Part shown: piece after piece, positions 1 through 12,700 of the stretch
Layout: each line of letters begins with the position of its first letter
Position numbering within the stretch: position 1 is the first letter of the stretch
Source: Azolla caroliniana
Taxonomy: Eukaryota > Plantae > Polypodiophyta
Reading direction: 5' to 3'
NCBI GenBank assembly: GCA_043228905.1
Contig: JBHGNT010000005.1
Location: 21,080,001 to 21,144,000 of the forward strand
DNA length: 64,000 nucleotides
Made by a program: the position numbers and the translations under genes
Notes under the pieces: model-generated
Database searches by the model: none
Seen by the model: only the letters and a program-made list of their open reading frames with translations
What the model was told of the DNA's origin: nothing

Positions 1-382
1 CTTGAGGTCTAAGTGCACTTCGGGGTCCTCTTAATAGGACTTAAAGAGCCAAAACCACATATGTGGGCACCAAAACATTTTTATCAGTCATGTATAAACT
101 ATTCATGACGTGAACATACATAGTTGAGCCTCGGGGAACCACCATGAAAAAATCGATATAGAGATTAGGGAAAGACATTAATTTGTCACCCCCATGGTTT
201 TTAAAACACCTTTGTGTTACCATAGTCACCTGATCTTGAACCTCATCTCATACGTCTAGAGGGGTATTCACGTGAGATCATGATATCGATTAATGTTTGC
301 CCATGATATGTTTACAGCACGACATGATGTTATGACTATTTGTCTGACTTTATCCTATTTCTTTGCTAGAAATAATCATTCA

Positions 383-3300
383 ATGGCTCAAAATAACGAC
401 CCGATGTCATCCGCTCAAGCGGAAGCAACTCAAGGAAATCCTCCTAGACAAATGTCCATTGAGATGTATTTTTCACAAATAAGCCAATACCTTAGTTTCA
501 CCGCTGAATAGATGACCGAACTTCGGCAATCTCAAAGTGCTCTTGAGGCATGTGTCATTAGTTTACAACGTGAGACTAATAGACCTGATCAACGACAAGG
601 TGAACCATCATTTGTTGTTAAGCCATTTACGGGAGAAAAAAAGGAAAGAACTGAAGAAGCAATCTGCACGTGGTTGGGCCGATGGGAGTCTCATTTTGAG
701 CTCTATCCCACGCCAGATAATACGAAGATTGCATATGTCGACTGAGAACTAGGAGGTAAGGCCGCCGCCTGGTGGCATGGGCTCTGACCTTTGGGGAAGT
801 TGCCCGATACTTGGACAGATTTTGTCACAGTTTTTAAGGGCAAATTTTTGCAACCTCCCTCTCGAACTGAGGCAGCACAAGCTTTAATGAACCTCTCTAG
901 GGGGAAGTTTTCCTCGCTAGAAGACTATGTTCACTATGCTATAACCCAAATCCAAAAATCGGGTCTAGAAGGGGACAACTAATTAATAGCTTGTTTTGTC
1001 AATGGCATCCCCAATTCAAACTATCACTGCATAGTGCATGATAAGGATCCAAAATCCTTCGAAGAGGCCGTTGAAATAATTCGTCACTATCAACGCACTT
1101 CGAAGAAGGACCACAACAAACCCAACGAAGCACCTGGGACTAAGCAGTCACAATTCGTTGGGAAACGCAAGACACCCAATGAATTCATGGATCACGATTG
1201 TAAGCGACAACATCCTTTTTGAGTATTCTACAAAAAGAAGGGTCATACAAAAGAGGAATGTCGAAAGCTCCAACGGAAAGAGCACGACAACAAAGCTAAA
1301 GTTGCAGACCATTAATGTCGGATTCCTAATGTCCTTCATGTCTATACACATCATTTAAGTAATTGTCAATGTTCTTTCCCTCACTATGTATTGGTTCCCA
1401 ATGATTTACTACGTGCAAACGGGTATATCAATGGATCTCCCGTACAATTTTTGTTTGATTCGAGAAGCTCACACAACTTTGTGAATGATCATTTGGTTCA
1501 TTTGGCGTTGCGCCAATAAGTATACCTCCTTATCGCTTAGGTCGATCTGAAGAGGATGAGGTATCTAAACAAACCAAGCACAATTTACGAATGGGTTATA
1601 TACGTTATAGTAAATCTCTATGGGGTGCACCAGTTCTCTTCGTTAAAAAGAAAGAGGGCACATAGCGTATGTTTATTAATCACCGACGCTTGAATAAAGT
1701 GAAGATCAAGAATTCGTATCCATTGCCAAGGGCTAACAATCTAATTGACCGTCTCCAGGGAGCTCGGTATTCTAAAAAACTTGATCTCCGTACTGGCTGC
1801 CATCAAATTCGTATACGTGATGACGATGTTCCTAAAACGACATTTTGTACTCGCTATGGCCATGATGAGTTTTTGGTTATGCCTTTTGGTTTGACCAATG
1901 CTCCAGCTACATTTCAATAAAAAATGAATGACATTTTCCAAGAACAACTTGGAAAATTTGTCGTTATTTTCTTGGATAATATTCTACTTTATAGTCGTAC
2001 ATTAGAAGAACATGTTAAACATGTCCTCTTTGTTTTACAAATATTGCGCGACTAGCAATTCTACGCGAAGATCTCAAAATGTGAATTCTTCAAGAAATCA
2101 ATTACTTATCTTGGATATCTCATAACCAAATGAAGAGTTGAAATTGATTCTTCTCGCATCCAGAAAATCAAGCTTTGGCCCACTCTTCGGAATATTCGAG
2201 AAGTTCGATCATTCCTTGGTTTTGTTGGGTTTTTGCGAAACTCCCTTCGTAATTACTCCCAATTGACGATGCCATTTACTGATCTTCTAAAAGGTCAAAC
2301 ACGTAAGTCTACAAAACCTATTGTTTGGAATACTACACTAGACCTCGCCTTTAAGGAACTCAAGGACCTGGTGTGCAAGGCTCCGTCGCTTCTTTTACCT
2401 GATCCTTAAAAATCTTTTGAGGTTGAAACCGATGCAATCGATTATGCTATAGCTATTATCTTATATCAAGATGGTAAACCAATAACATTCAAGAGTAAGA
2501 AACTTGATTCTGCTCAATGTTGGTATACCATTCAAGAAAAGGAATTATTTGCAGTTATACATGCGCTCAAAACATGGTGCCATTATCTTTATGGAAATCA
2601 CTTTGTGGTAACTATGGACCACGAGTCCTTGAAATATTTTTGTGACTAACAAGACCTGAAAGGTCGTAAGGCACGATGGGCTGATCTCATCCAGGACTTT
2701 GATTTTTCCATACGATATCATAAAGGTTCCATGAACATTGTCATTGATGCACTCAGTCGCATCCGTGAAGTTAACATGCTTAGCTTCACTAAAATAACAT
2801 TAGATCTTTATGATCATCTTCGAGGAAAGTATCCTGATGACAGTTACTTTGCGAAATACTGGCAAGAGTTGAGTTTGGAATAGACACCACTACATCCTCG
2901 AAGGAATATTTCCACATTGTTAATGGTCTGCTCTACCGTAATGGGAAGGTTTGTGTTCCAGATTTACCTGAGGTCAAAAATATGATTCTTTTTTAATGCC
3001 ATTACACACCCTCAGCACGGCACCCTGGAATACATCGTACAATTGTTCTTATCTCCACTCAATTCTATTGGCCTAAGATGTGTCCTGACATACATAGCTA
3101 TGTGACTAAATGTCACCCATGTTAGGTTAACAAAGCTGAGTGACTTAAAGCTGCAAGACTTTTACATCCCTTGGACATTCCCAATAATAAGTGGGAAAGT
3201 ATATCCATGGATTTTATTGTTAGCCTTCCTCGCACCCAAAAAGGTCATGATGCCATCTAGGTTGTGGTTGACAGACTAACTAAAATGGCTAGATTTATAG

Positions 3301-4289
3301 CTACGAAAACCATGGTAACAACTTTTGAATTGGCTTACCAATTCGTTGATGAGTTATTTCGTTTTTATGGGTTACTGATGGATATCGTGAGTGATCGAGA
3401 TCCAAAGTTTACTAGTGATTTCTGGATGCAAGTCTTTAAGAAGTAAGAAACTACATTTAGCATGAGCTCCATGGATCATCCTCAATACGATGGACAGACA
3501 GAACGAGTAAATCAAATTATTGAGGACATGCTTCAAGCATACGTTGGTACGAAACCAACAAAATGGGAATGTTATCTCCCAATTTTGGAGTTTGCTTATA
3601 ACAATTCCAAGCATACATCGACGGGATATAGTCCTTTTATGTTGATGTATGATTTTCAGCCACGAGTCTGGATTGATGTTAATATACATCATGATGAGTT
3701 GCGAAGTACGCAAAACTTTCTTCGGGATATGCAAGATATGTTGCATATTGCACGAGATAATATAAAAACAGCTCAAGATAGAGCACCTTTTTATGCCGAT
3801 CATCATAGGCAACCTCGTGTATTCAACCCGGAACAGAAGGTATTTTTACGTGTACCTCACAATTCTAAGACATTGTCTAAGGGTAAGTGCGCTAAGTTAG
3901 CACCACGGTTCTGTAGACCTTTTACAATCCTCAAACGCATTGGGTCATCCGCCTATCGTCTCGCTTTTCCCAATGGTGTTGAAATTCATCCAGTTTTTCA
4001 TGTGAGTCGTCTAAAAGAACTTCTAGGTTTTGGCGACAATACAGTTATAGCTGAAACTTTGGTTAGTTATGAAGAATTATCTTCTAAACCACATGTACCA
4101 GAAAGAATTCTCGATATTAAAACAAAAAAATTACGTACTAAAGAAATCCGAGAATTTAAAATAAAATGGATGGATAAATCAATAAAAGATGCCACATGGG
4201 AACGCGAAAATACTCTTAGAACTAACTTCCCTAACTTTCCATTACAAGAGTGCAATGTTTTAAAGCGGGGGAGTATGTTATGGGCATGA
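383..4289 (+). pseudogene. gag-pol polyprotein with C-terminal chromodomain; many stops and frameshifts, internal deletion between protease and RT
   Basis: ORF fragments 512-745, 791-982, 1669-1920, 3264-3446 and 3462-4289. The last ends with PERILD..KKLR..EFKIKW..DATWE (chromodomain). Confidence 0.9.
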
Positions 4290-4861
4290 CCATATAATAT
4301 CCCGTGCTGAGAATTTACCGTAGTATTCTATACATGTGGATAAGTGTGAGGGTTAAACGAGAGTGTAAAGAAGGGGAGGATTACTTTTAATCCTTGGGAT
4401 TGAGACAACCCATTAGGCCAAGTGTGAACTTGCTTGGGGGCCTTGGGTATCGCTATAAATATGAGGCCTAGCTACCCTCATTTCATCATATCTTTTGACT
4501 ACGTCGAGACTCTATTTCATGGTGGTTCAACTCTTGTAGTGATCACACCAGCACCAGGTATGACTCGACACCATGGTGGTGGTATGGGACGCCGATCGAG
4601 GCTCGAGCCCATCTTGATCCCTTCGCTCGGGGGTGGTCAGGTGGATCATCACCCTTCTTTCTCTTTCTCCTTTCTATCTACCTGTCCATCATTCTTTTCT
4701 CCTTATCATACTCTTACATTAGATCAATATCTCTAATATGGACTCTCGGGTGCCATCGAGTTGCCTAACGTCTGCACCCTCTTAGTGCTCGTGTACTCCC
4801 TAGTCCAAGACCCCTTTGATCCCACTCAAGTAGCGCACACATGTGTGTTCACGTGACATCA
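4276..4861 (+). repeat. 3' LTR of the chromovirus
   Basis: Starts TGTTAT 2 nt after the PPT, TATA box (ctataaata ~4454), ends TTCACGTGACATCA, matching the end of the upstream LTR at 267-280 (TTCACGTGAGATCA). Confidence 0.75.
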
Positions 4862-5746
4862 TGACCCTTTTGTTACTAATGGCTAGCTCTTATGAGTATT
4901 TGAATTATATTTTATTATCAAATTCAATATTCTCCTTTACATTTTCTCTTTTGGTGATGACTTTTACAAGAGCCTGTAGCCTTTTTCCAACTTTCCTTTT
5001 TCACTCTTTTCTCTCTTCATGCTCTTTCTCCTACAAAAACGTATCTCAATCTAGGAAACATTATACAAGATTTTAGCATGTGTAACTTCCTTGATTTGAC
5101 TTGGTGAGTTTACAATCAATAATAATGTCAACTTGGTTTTCATAGGCCTCTTATGGCCCCTTGTGATTTGTTATCTCATAATGTTTTTTTTGTTGTGAAC
5201 CTCACAATGACCTCTCTTGCTAATTCTATAGCTTCCAAGATATCTCTCCAAATAAAATAGAAACCCATGTCCTTCACATGCACAACAATGTTTTTTTTTC
5301 CCAACATGTAGCTATTCTAATCCTTGCATGTGCATTTTGCTTCAACAAAATGTATGTCGTCCATCCCCATTTACCACATGTTTCCATGTTATTATTTATG
5401 CATTGTAACTCCATTTTTCCCGTCCAATATTTGTTATAATGTGGATGGTGTGATCAATGATGTTATTCGTATGATTGATGATATTGAGGATTGTATGAGT
5501 AATAATGTTCATAAGAGGGGTGATGAGGAAAATGAGAAAAATGGGAATGTTCAATATAATGTTTTACCTTTCAGATTTCTTTCTACCATTCACACTCAAA
5601 CAATGATAAGGCAAGATTAATGGTATTTTTAAGACCCTAACTTGTTCATAAACCCTTTTGGCCTTCATTTCAATTCATGAAGTTAACTTTATATGAAATA
5701 CACATCCAATACCATTTTTCGTAAAAGAACAAGCCACCATTGTACA

Positions 5747-5918
5747 TAGGAGCTAGCAATGGCCCAACTCAAGCCAAACCAAACCGGTTAAGGTTTAATC
5801 GGTTTGGCTGGACCGGTTCCTAAACTTGTTAAGACTTAACCGGTTTAGGAACCAATTAAGTTGGAGTTTGGAAACTCTCAAACTGGTTAAGCCGAAACTT
5901 AGCCATTGTAGAGTCCTA
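5747..5918. mobile_element. hAT-type MITE
   Basis: Imperfect TIRs TAGGAGCTAGCAATGG / CCATTGTAGAGTCCTA, repeated AACCGGTT/TAAGCC subterminal motifs, 8-bp flanks ATTGTACA/ATCATACA (6/8 match). Similar to the element at 30543-35105. Confidence 0.7.
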
Positions 5919-6426
5919 ATCATACATTATGTCAAGATATGTATATTCCTTATTTCAAAACCCATAAAACACTTTCAAGAGTTTTGGCATTCCTTTAATC
6001 TACATTTAAAGATGCTTTTGAAAATCACATGCTTAGTCAACAAAAAGATTTATTTGTGTGTGAATAAGTGACTAGCTCAAAATATTCCTTGCTGAATTTT
6101 AGTGTTGCACCTTTTTTGAGGTTTTTCTTTATAACATGTCCTAAATCATGTTAGCATACATAAGTTTTCTTTTAAATTTTAAGTGGAAGCATGGTTGAAC
6201 TTACATGCACAAATACATTTCATAGTCCATATGTCAAGATAACATTTATGTATGAGTTCCACAGTATCATCTCAAAATAACTTCACGTAGTAAGTAAAGT
6301 CCTTTATTATATTTTAGATAAATAAGTAAAGTCCTATGATTCAATATGAAGTGCATTCACCTAGTAAACAATTCTCCATCAAAAAGAGAAAGAAAGTTTT
6401 TAGAGAATGCAATAATCTCTTCATAT

Positions 6427-6736
6427 TCATGAAAATAAGCTTGTGAGAAGGAGCTCATTCCAAGCATCGGGGAGGCCTGGGAGGCACCAATGGCTACAAT
6501 CTTGGTTCCTCAAATGAAGAGGATCTTTTGTTTCCATATTATATATTGAACAATGTGCATCCTTCCTATAGTTTGACATCCCCGTTATATCCAATAATTG
6601 GACACCCATTCCTCTTAAGTGTCCTGTTTCAAACACAACATGTTTCTTTGTCCAATGCTCATTTTCAAACTTTGTGCCCATTGGCCATGGTTGTGTCTCA
6701 TCAATGCATTTCCCACCCATATCCCACCTGGCTCCG
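6427..6736 (-). CDS. TBL: TBL exon 4 (catalytic DxxH)
   Basis: cag| then GARWDMGGKC..RKDAH.S.Y..QDCSHWCLPGLPDAWNELL; stop TGA at 6427. Confidence 0.95.
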
Positions 6737-9700
6737 CTGCCATAATTCTTTGAATTAGAATTATAAAAAGTTCATGATTCCAACAATCTAACAATGATAA
6801 GTATAATAGTTCAAAAACAATAAAATTTACTCATTATTCTTTTGCCCTACATGGATAAGGTCAATCTACACAATTTCAAACTTATAAAAGGAACTAGAAA
6901 AACACGATAGGTCAAACTCCATATAATGATATTAAAAGTTTCATACCTTATCAAAGTTTCTAGTGCTAATATTTGGAATAAAATGAGAAGTTGCAATATA
7001 CTTCTTATGTTTTGCCTTGAATTGATAACCTCATCAATCTCATGCATATATAAGTAAGTTGTTTTATGTTTTCTAACTCACATCATTCCTAAGTCACATG
7101 AAGGCTAGAGGTATATGCTCCGAAAGGTTCACTATAACTTTGTTATGATGGAATGTAGGATTTGTTTCCTTGACCTTTATGTATTGATTGGTAGGAAATG
7201 ACACATTACAATATGGTTCCATAGAAGCGTTGCTTCTTTAATTGAAGAGTTGCTTAAAGATTTAACAAGCCCAAACCAAACAAATGAAAACATAAATACC
7301 TTATCATAAAAACTATGAAATTTCTTCTCCAAGACATCATTTTTTAATTGAGGGGTAATACTAACTACAAGTAACTTCATTGGCTTCACCTCAAGTATGT
7401 TGGTGCATAGGTTCGAAAAAAAACTTTGGTCTTTTCTATATCCAATTCTGTAGCTACCCAATTTCTCCAAGTTCTCATTGCTAGTTTAAAGCCATCTTCA
7501 ATCTCCATGCTAGTATTCACCTTATCTCCAATTTGAAAATAGCACCCCCTACATGTTAATAAGATAATGACATATAAATATTCATTTCAAACAACTTTAA
7601 TCTTGCATAGGAAAAATTTCAATACATTTTAATTGGACTTCAAAATTATAATACACTCTAAGAGAAGGTAGTTCTAATTAGTATACAGAAACATAAATTC
7701 TATTTACATATATAGAATGTGCAATCCAACATCTTAAGCATATTGGTGGGAAAAGCTTTTCGTGTAATAGATTAAGCAAACATAACGTAAGTATGTCTAT
7801 TGATTGTACATCCTTGCCTCTAATACAAATCCAAAACCCACACTTTGATAATTTATTATCAAGTTGAATCTACCCACTTAGTTTAACCCCTTTGGAATAC
7901 TTCTTGTGAAAGATCCTTTAAGAGAAAACTTGAGATATCATAATCTATTGTGACATCTTGTAAGTCTTTTGATTCGACTAATAATTTGAGAAGTTTACAC
8001 ATGATTTCATTTTTCACATCCTTGCCTCTAGCATAAATACAAAATCAACATTTTGATAATTTATTATTGATTTGACTATAGTCACTTAGTTTCTTCCCTT
8101 TGGAATACTTCTTGTAAAAGATCCTTTAAGAGAAAACTCAACATGTCCTAATCTATGGTAACATCAAGGAATTGATCAATCAAATCCTTGAGTAATACCT
8201 TCAATGTATAGTAATTTATAAACAATATGACTTGATTCAAATTTTCAATCCTTACCACCTCTCAAGGTGTCAAGAAAGAATGCCATATACTCTTCCAGAT
8301 AAATTGTTTTGTTTTTTGTTAATCATAGATTTACATATACTATTTAGTTGATCACTACAAGTATTGTAAATTCTTTTGTTGAAGAATAAATGGATTTACT
8401 CAACAAGATTCATTGTGACTCAAAGTTTCACAAAGACCTACCCATTTGCCAAGTTGGTCTACAAGGCTTGGGTCACTTTGGCATTATGCACTATATAATC
8501 CCAATGACATCTTGGTTGGCCCTCCCCATACTCTTGTGGATCCATGAAATTTACCACATTATTCTCTTGGAAAGTTACATGTGCATCCTCGACTTTCAAT
8601 TCATGCAATAAATCCTATGTTGCATGAAGACAAGAATAAGTACAAACTCAAAGGAATCGTAGATTTGAAGAAGTTGAGACAACCCTTCTCAAATCTAGCC
8701 ATGTTCAAGGACTTGCGAATGTGTGAAACCCTCAAGGACCCAATCAACTGCCTCAACAAAGTGGAAGCAATTCTTAACCTCACCTAGTGATTGGTTGAAA
8801 AACAAGCACCAGCCACCCACTAGATGAGCTTCGAGTGCATAGACTAGGAGAAAGAAAAAAATAGAATCGCTTTATGAATAGGATGAGCTCAAGCACCTCC
8901 AAGTCAAGCTAACGAAAGTTGATCATTTGGCCATCTACACAATGGTCTCAACCAAGCGACCTCGTTAACATTTTATGCTATCCAACTTGTTTCAAGAGTA
9001 ATGCGCGGAATATCGCTCGGCCACAACCGAGCAGTAAAACACTTCTACAAGAATCAAACACAAAAATGGGAAGTGGAGAGTACACAAGTAAAAATGACAC
9101 AGGATGTTGACGTGGAAAAACCCTAATAGGGAAAAACCACGGGAGCCCACTGACTCCGAACTATCACTATGAAGAGAAAAGAGGTACAATCAGAGACTCA
9201 GAGGCAACGACCTCAAGCTCTGTTTCTTTGCACAGTGGCGGTTACAACAAAGTATCGCTCTGTATCTCACTCTCTCTTTGTACAACCGTTACAACAATAT
9301 ATCAATAACACAATCACTGATCACACTAAAGTGATTCCCTAAGTCATATTTATAGTTATATGAACTCAGGGCTATTTACAAATATAACCTCAATGGGCTT
9401 ATTCAAGACATACTTACAAATCTGTCTTCTCTTCCGGTTCTCACCGGGTTCTCTTTATTCATCACTGGATCCCATCCGGAGAGATCAATTTCCCAACAAT
9501 CTCCCCTTTCACTCTGGTATGGGATGTCTTGTAAGTCTGATCCGCTTCCGGCATGCGTCCAATTTGTCAGGTGTCAGCACCTTGGTCGGCATATCTGACC
9601 CGTTCTCCTCTGTGTGGGTCTTCGTCAGCACGAACTCTCGATCTTCAACTCGCTCCTGGATCCAATGGTACCTGCGCTGGATGTGCTTCGTTCTGGAATG

Positions 9701-12700
9701 GTATGCCATGTTCTTTGCAAGGTGGATGGCACTTTGACTATCGTCGTAGAGCCGGTATTCCTCTTGCCGAATCTCTAGCTCTCCGATGAAGTCCTTCATC
9801 CATAATATTTCCTTGCTGGCTTCCACGACTGCCATGTACTCTTCCTCCGTGGTTGACAAAGCAACCGTCTTCTACAGCCTCGACTGCCACGAAATAGCTC
9901 CCCCTGCCATAAGTCATTACATATCCGGATGTAGACCGGCTGGTGTCCACATTAGCTGACATATCCGAATCGGTAAATCCTTCCATGAGGGGTTTACTGG
10001 AGCCAAATCGGAGGCAAGTCTTTCATTGAGAAGGTCCGGTTAAGGGCCTTCTTCAGCATCCGTATCTTGACTTGGTCTCGTCTGACGATCAACATGTCGT
10101 CCACGTATAGGAGCAATATCAGGAAATCTCCCCCATCAAATTTCTTCACGAACACGCAGTGATCGGCCTGTGTCTTATCGTCCCCTTGATCGGTCATGAA
10201 GGAGTCAAACTTCCGGTACTATTGCTGGGGAGCTTGCTTCAGTCCGTATAAGCTCTTCTTCAACCGGCACACTAGGTGCTCCTTCCCTTTCTTCTCAAAT
10301 CCTTCTACTTGATGCATGTAGATCTCTTCTTCGAGGTCTTCGTGTAGGAATGTCGTCTTGACATCCAGTTGCTCTACCTCAAGGTCCATGCTTGCCGCTA
10401 TGCCCAATACCGTCCGGATGGAAGTCATCTTAACTACCGGGGCAAAGATCTCATCAAAGTCCACTCCTTTCTTCTGCTGGAAGCCCTTTACCATGATTCG
10501 GGCCTTATAGCTTGGTGGATTTCCGGCGTCTCCCAGTTTCAGCTTGTACACCCACTTGTTCCGGAGTGCCCTCTTTCCTTTTGGCAACTCCACCAGTTTG
10601 TATGTGTGGTTCTCATGCGGGGAATCCATCTCATCTTGCATGGCACTCAACCACTTGCGGTTGTGGGTGTCTCCCCTTGCTTCTTCAAAGCCTTCCGGCT
10701 CCCCCTCATCGGTTAGCACCACATGCTCTGCATTCGGAAATCTTCGGGGGTATTTTCTCTCCCGGCGAGGATATCTCCATCCTTGGTTTTTGACTACTGA
10801 TTCCTCCATTTGTTCTTCATCCTCATCCGATTCGGGATCTTGTCCAGTTCCGGTGTCTTCTTCTTCTTCTTCGGTCAGTTTGGTTTCCTGTCCGTATCTG
10901 GCCGGTTCGTCGAGTGTCATCCGGTTACCGGCTAACATCCGGTTTTCAACTGGGTATATCCTTTTGTCCTCAAGCCAGTTTTCAATGGATGGTCTGGAGT
11001 TCGTTACCTTCTTCTCCGACTCCTAGTCGGCAATGGTCCTATCTTCCATGAAGACTATGTCCCAACTCCGGAACACCTTCTTGTTGACTAGATCCCACAC
11101 CCGGTAACCGAACTCATTGTCGCCGTATCCAAGGAATATGCATGGCTGGGACTTCGGATCCAACTTTGCTCTCTTGTCCTTCGCCACATGCATGTATGAG
11201 AGACACCCGAACACCTTCAGATGCCGGTAAGATACATCTTTGCTGGTCCATACCTTCTAAGGTGAGTCTCCTCCCAAGGATACTGAGGGTGATCTATTTA
11301 TCACATAGGTCGCCGTCGTTAGTGCCTCAAACCAAAACATCTTGGGTAACTTTGCATGTGCCAACATGCTCCGGACTCTCTCCATCATGGTCCGGTTCAT
11401 CTGTTCGGCCAGCCCATTTAGTTCTGGTGTCTTCGGCATGGTGAATTCGAGCCGAATTCCCTTCGACCAACAGTACTCCTCGAACTGCCCCCAGTATTTT
11501 CCTCCATTATTTGCTCAAACTGCTTTAAGCTTCTAGCCAGTTTCTCTTTCCACTCTCGCGTGGAGCTCCTTGAAGACAAATAACACTTGATCCTTCGTCT
11601 TCAACGGTGAACCCCACAGCTTCCGACTATGGTCATCTATGACCGTCACGAAGTACTGCGATCCAGCATGTGACTTCGTGTCTACTTGACACACATCGGT
11701 ATGCACCAGCTCCAGTGGTGCATTCCATCTCATCAGTGGTCTTGACCGGAAGGAGGTGCGGTTTTGCTTGTTGGCTAGGCAGTTGGTGCACTTCTCAAGT
11801 TGCACGTCCTTCACCGGAATGAGGTTGTCTTCAGCAAGCCTCTTCATCCCCTTCTCACTCATGTGACACAGTCTTTTGTGCCATAGCTCACCGACAGTGT
11901 CGGATGCTACGTTCACTTCTTCCCGGCATATCCGAGCATTCATCAAGTACAACGTGTTGAGCTTTCGGGCTCGAGCCACTATTAAGCTCCCTTTCCAGAA
12001 CTTCATGACACCATTCCGGATGCTAGCTGTGTAGCCTTCATCATCTAGCCGACCGGTTGATATCAGGTTCAGTCGAACCTCCGGAACGTGTCGGACATCC
12101 TTCAGCAGCAACTTGCATCCGGTTGATGTCATCAACAACACATCTCTTATGCCAATAATTCGGCATGTCCCTTCATTCCCGATCCGGACACAGCCATGCT
12201 CACCAGCTGTGTAGGATGAGAAGCATTTCCGGTCCGAGGTAAGGTGGAATGACGCTCCGGAGTCGACAACCCACGTTGTCTCGTCAATGGCAAGGTTCAA
12301 CTCACTCTCCTTGGTGATGAGCATTAGTTCTTCTTCACTTGCCGCGATCACCGTCGTTCCCTTCCAGTCTGGGCCTCGCTGATCCGGACTGTTTCGGTTC
12401 GGTGACTTCTTCGAATCGGCACTTTTGATTCCCTTGTCTTTCCGGAAATGCCGACAGTTCTTCTGGAAGTGCCTCGGCTTGCCGCAATAGAAGCAAGTGG
12501 GCCTCCCCCTTGACTTTGACCGTGTCCCTGACTTTTTCCAGTTCTGGGGACTCCAATTCCTTTGTCTTCCACGTTTCGATTCGGTAAGGAGGGCTTTTGC
12601 ATCGGAGATCACCTCCTTCTCTTTTTAACACGCCTCCTCATCTAGCAAGCTCGACTTGACTCTTGCTAGGGATAGTTCTTTCCCTTCCGGCCCGGCATTG

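Larger units (their letters stand above)
1..4861 (+). mobile_element. Degenerate Ty3/gypsy LTR retrotransposon, chromovirus type
   Basis: Domain order gag (CCHC-like knuckle ~1220-1265), protease (LFDSRSSHNF ~1450), RT ([25 protein letters not shown]), RNase H (ETDA..YAI), integrase (SDRDPKF, DGQTERVNQ), chromodomain. PPT AAGCGGGGGAG at 4263-4273. Degenerate PBS at 281. Confidence 0.93.

Noticed and set aside
8230-8345. Candidate TBL exon 3
   Set aside because: No TBL motifs; the real exon is 7390-7548.
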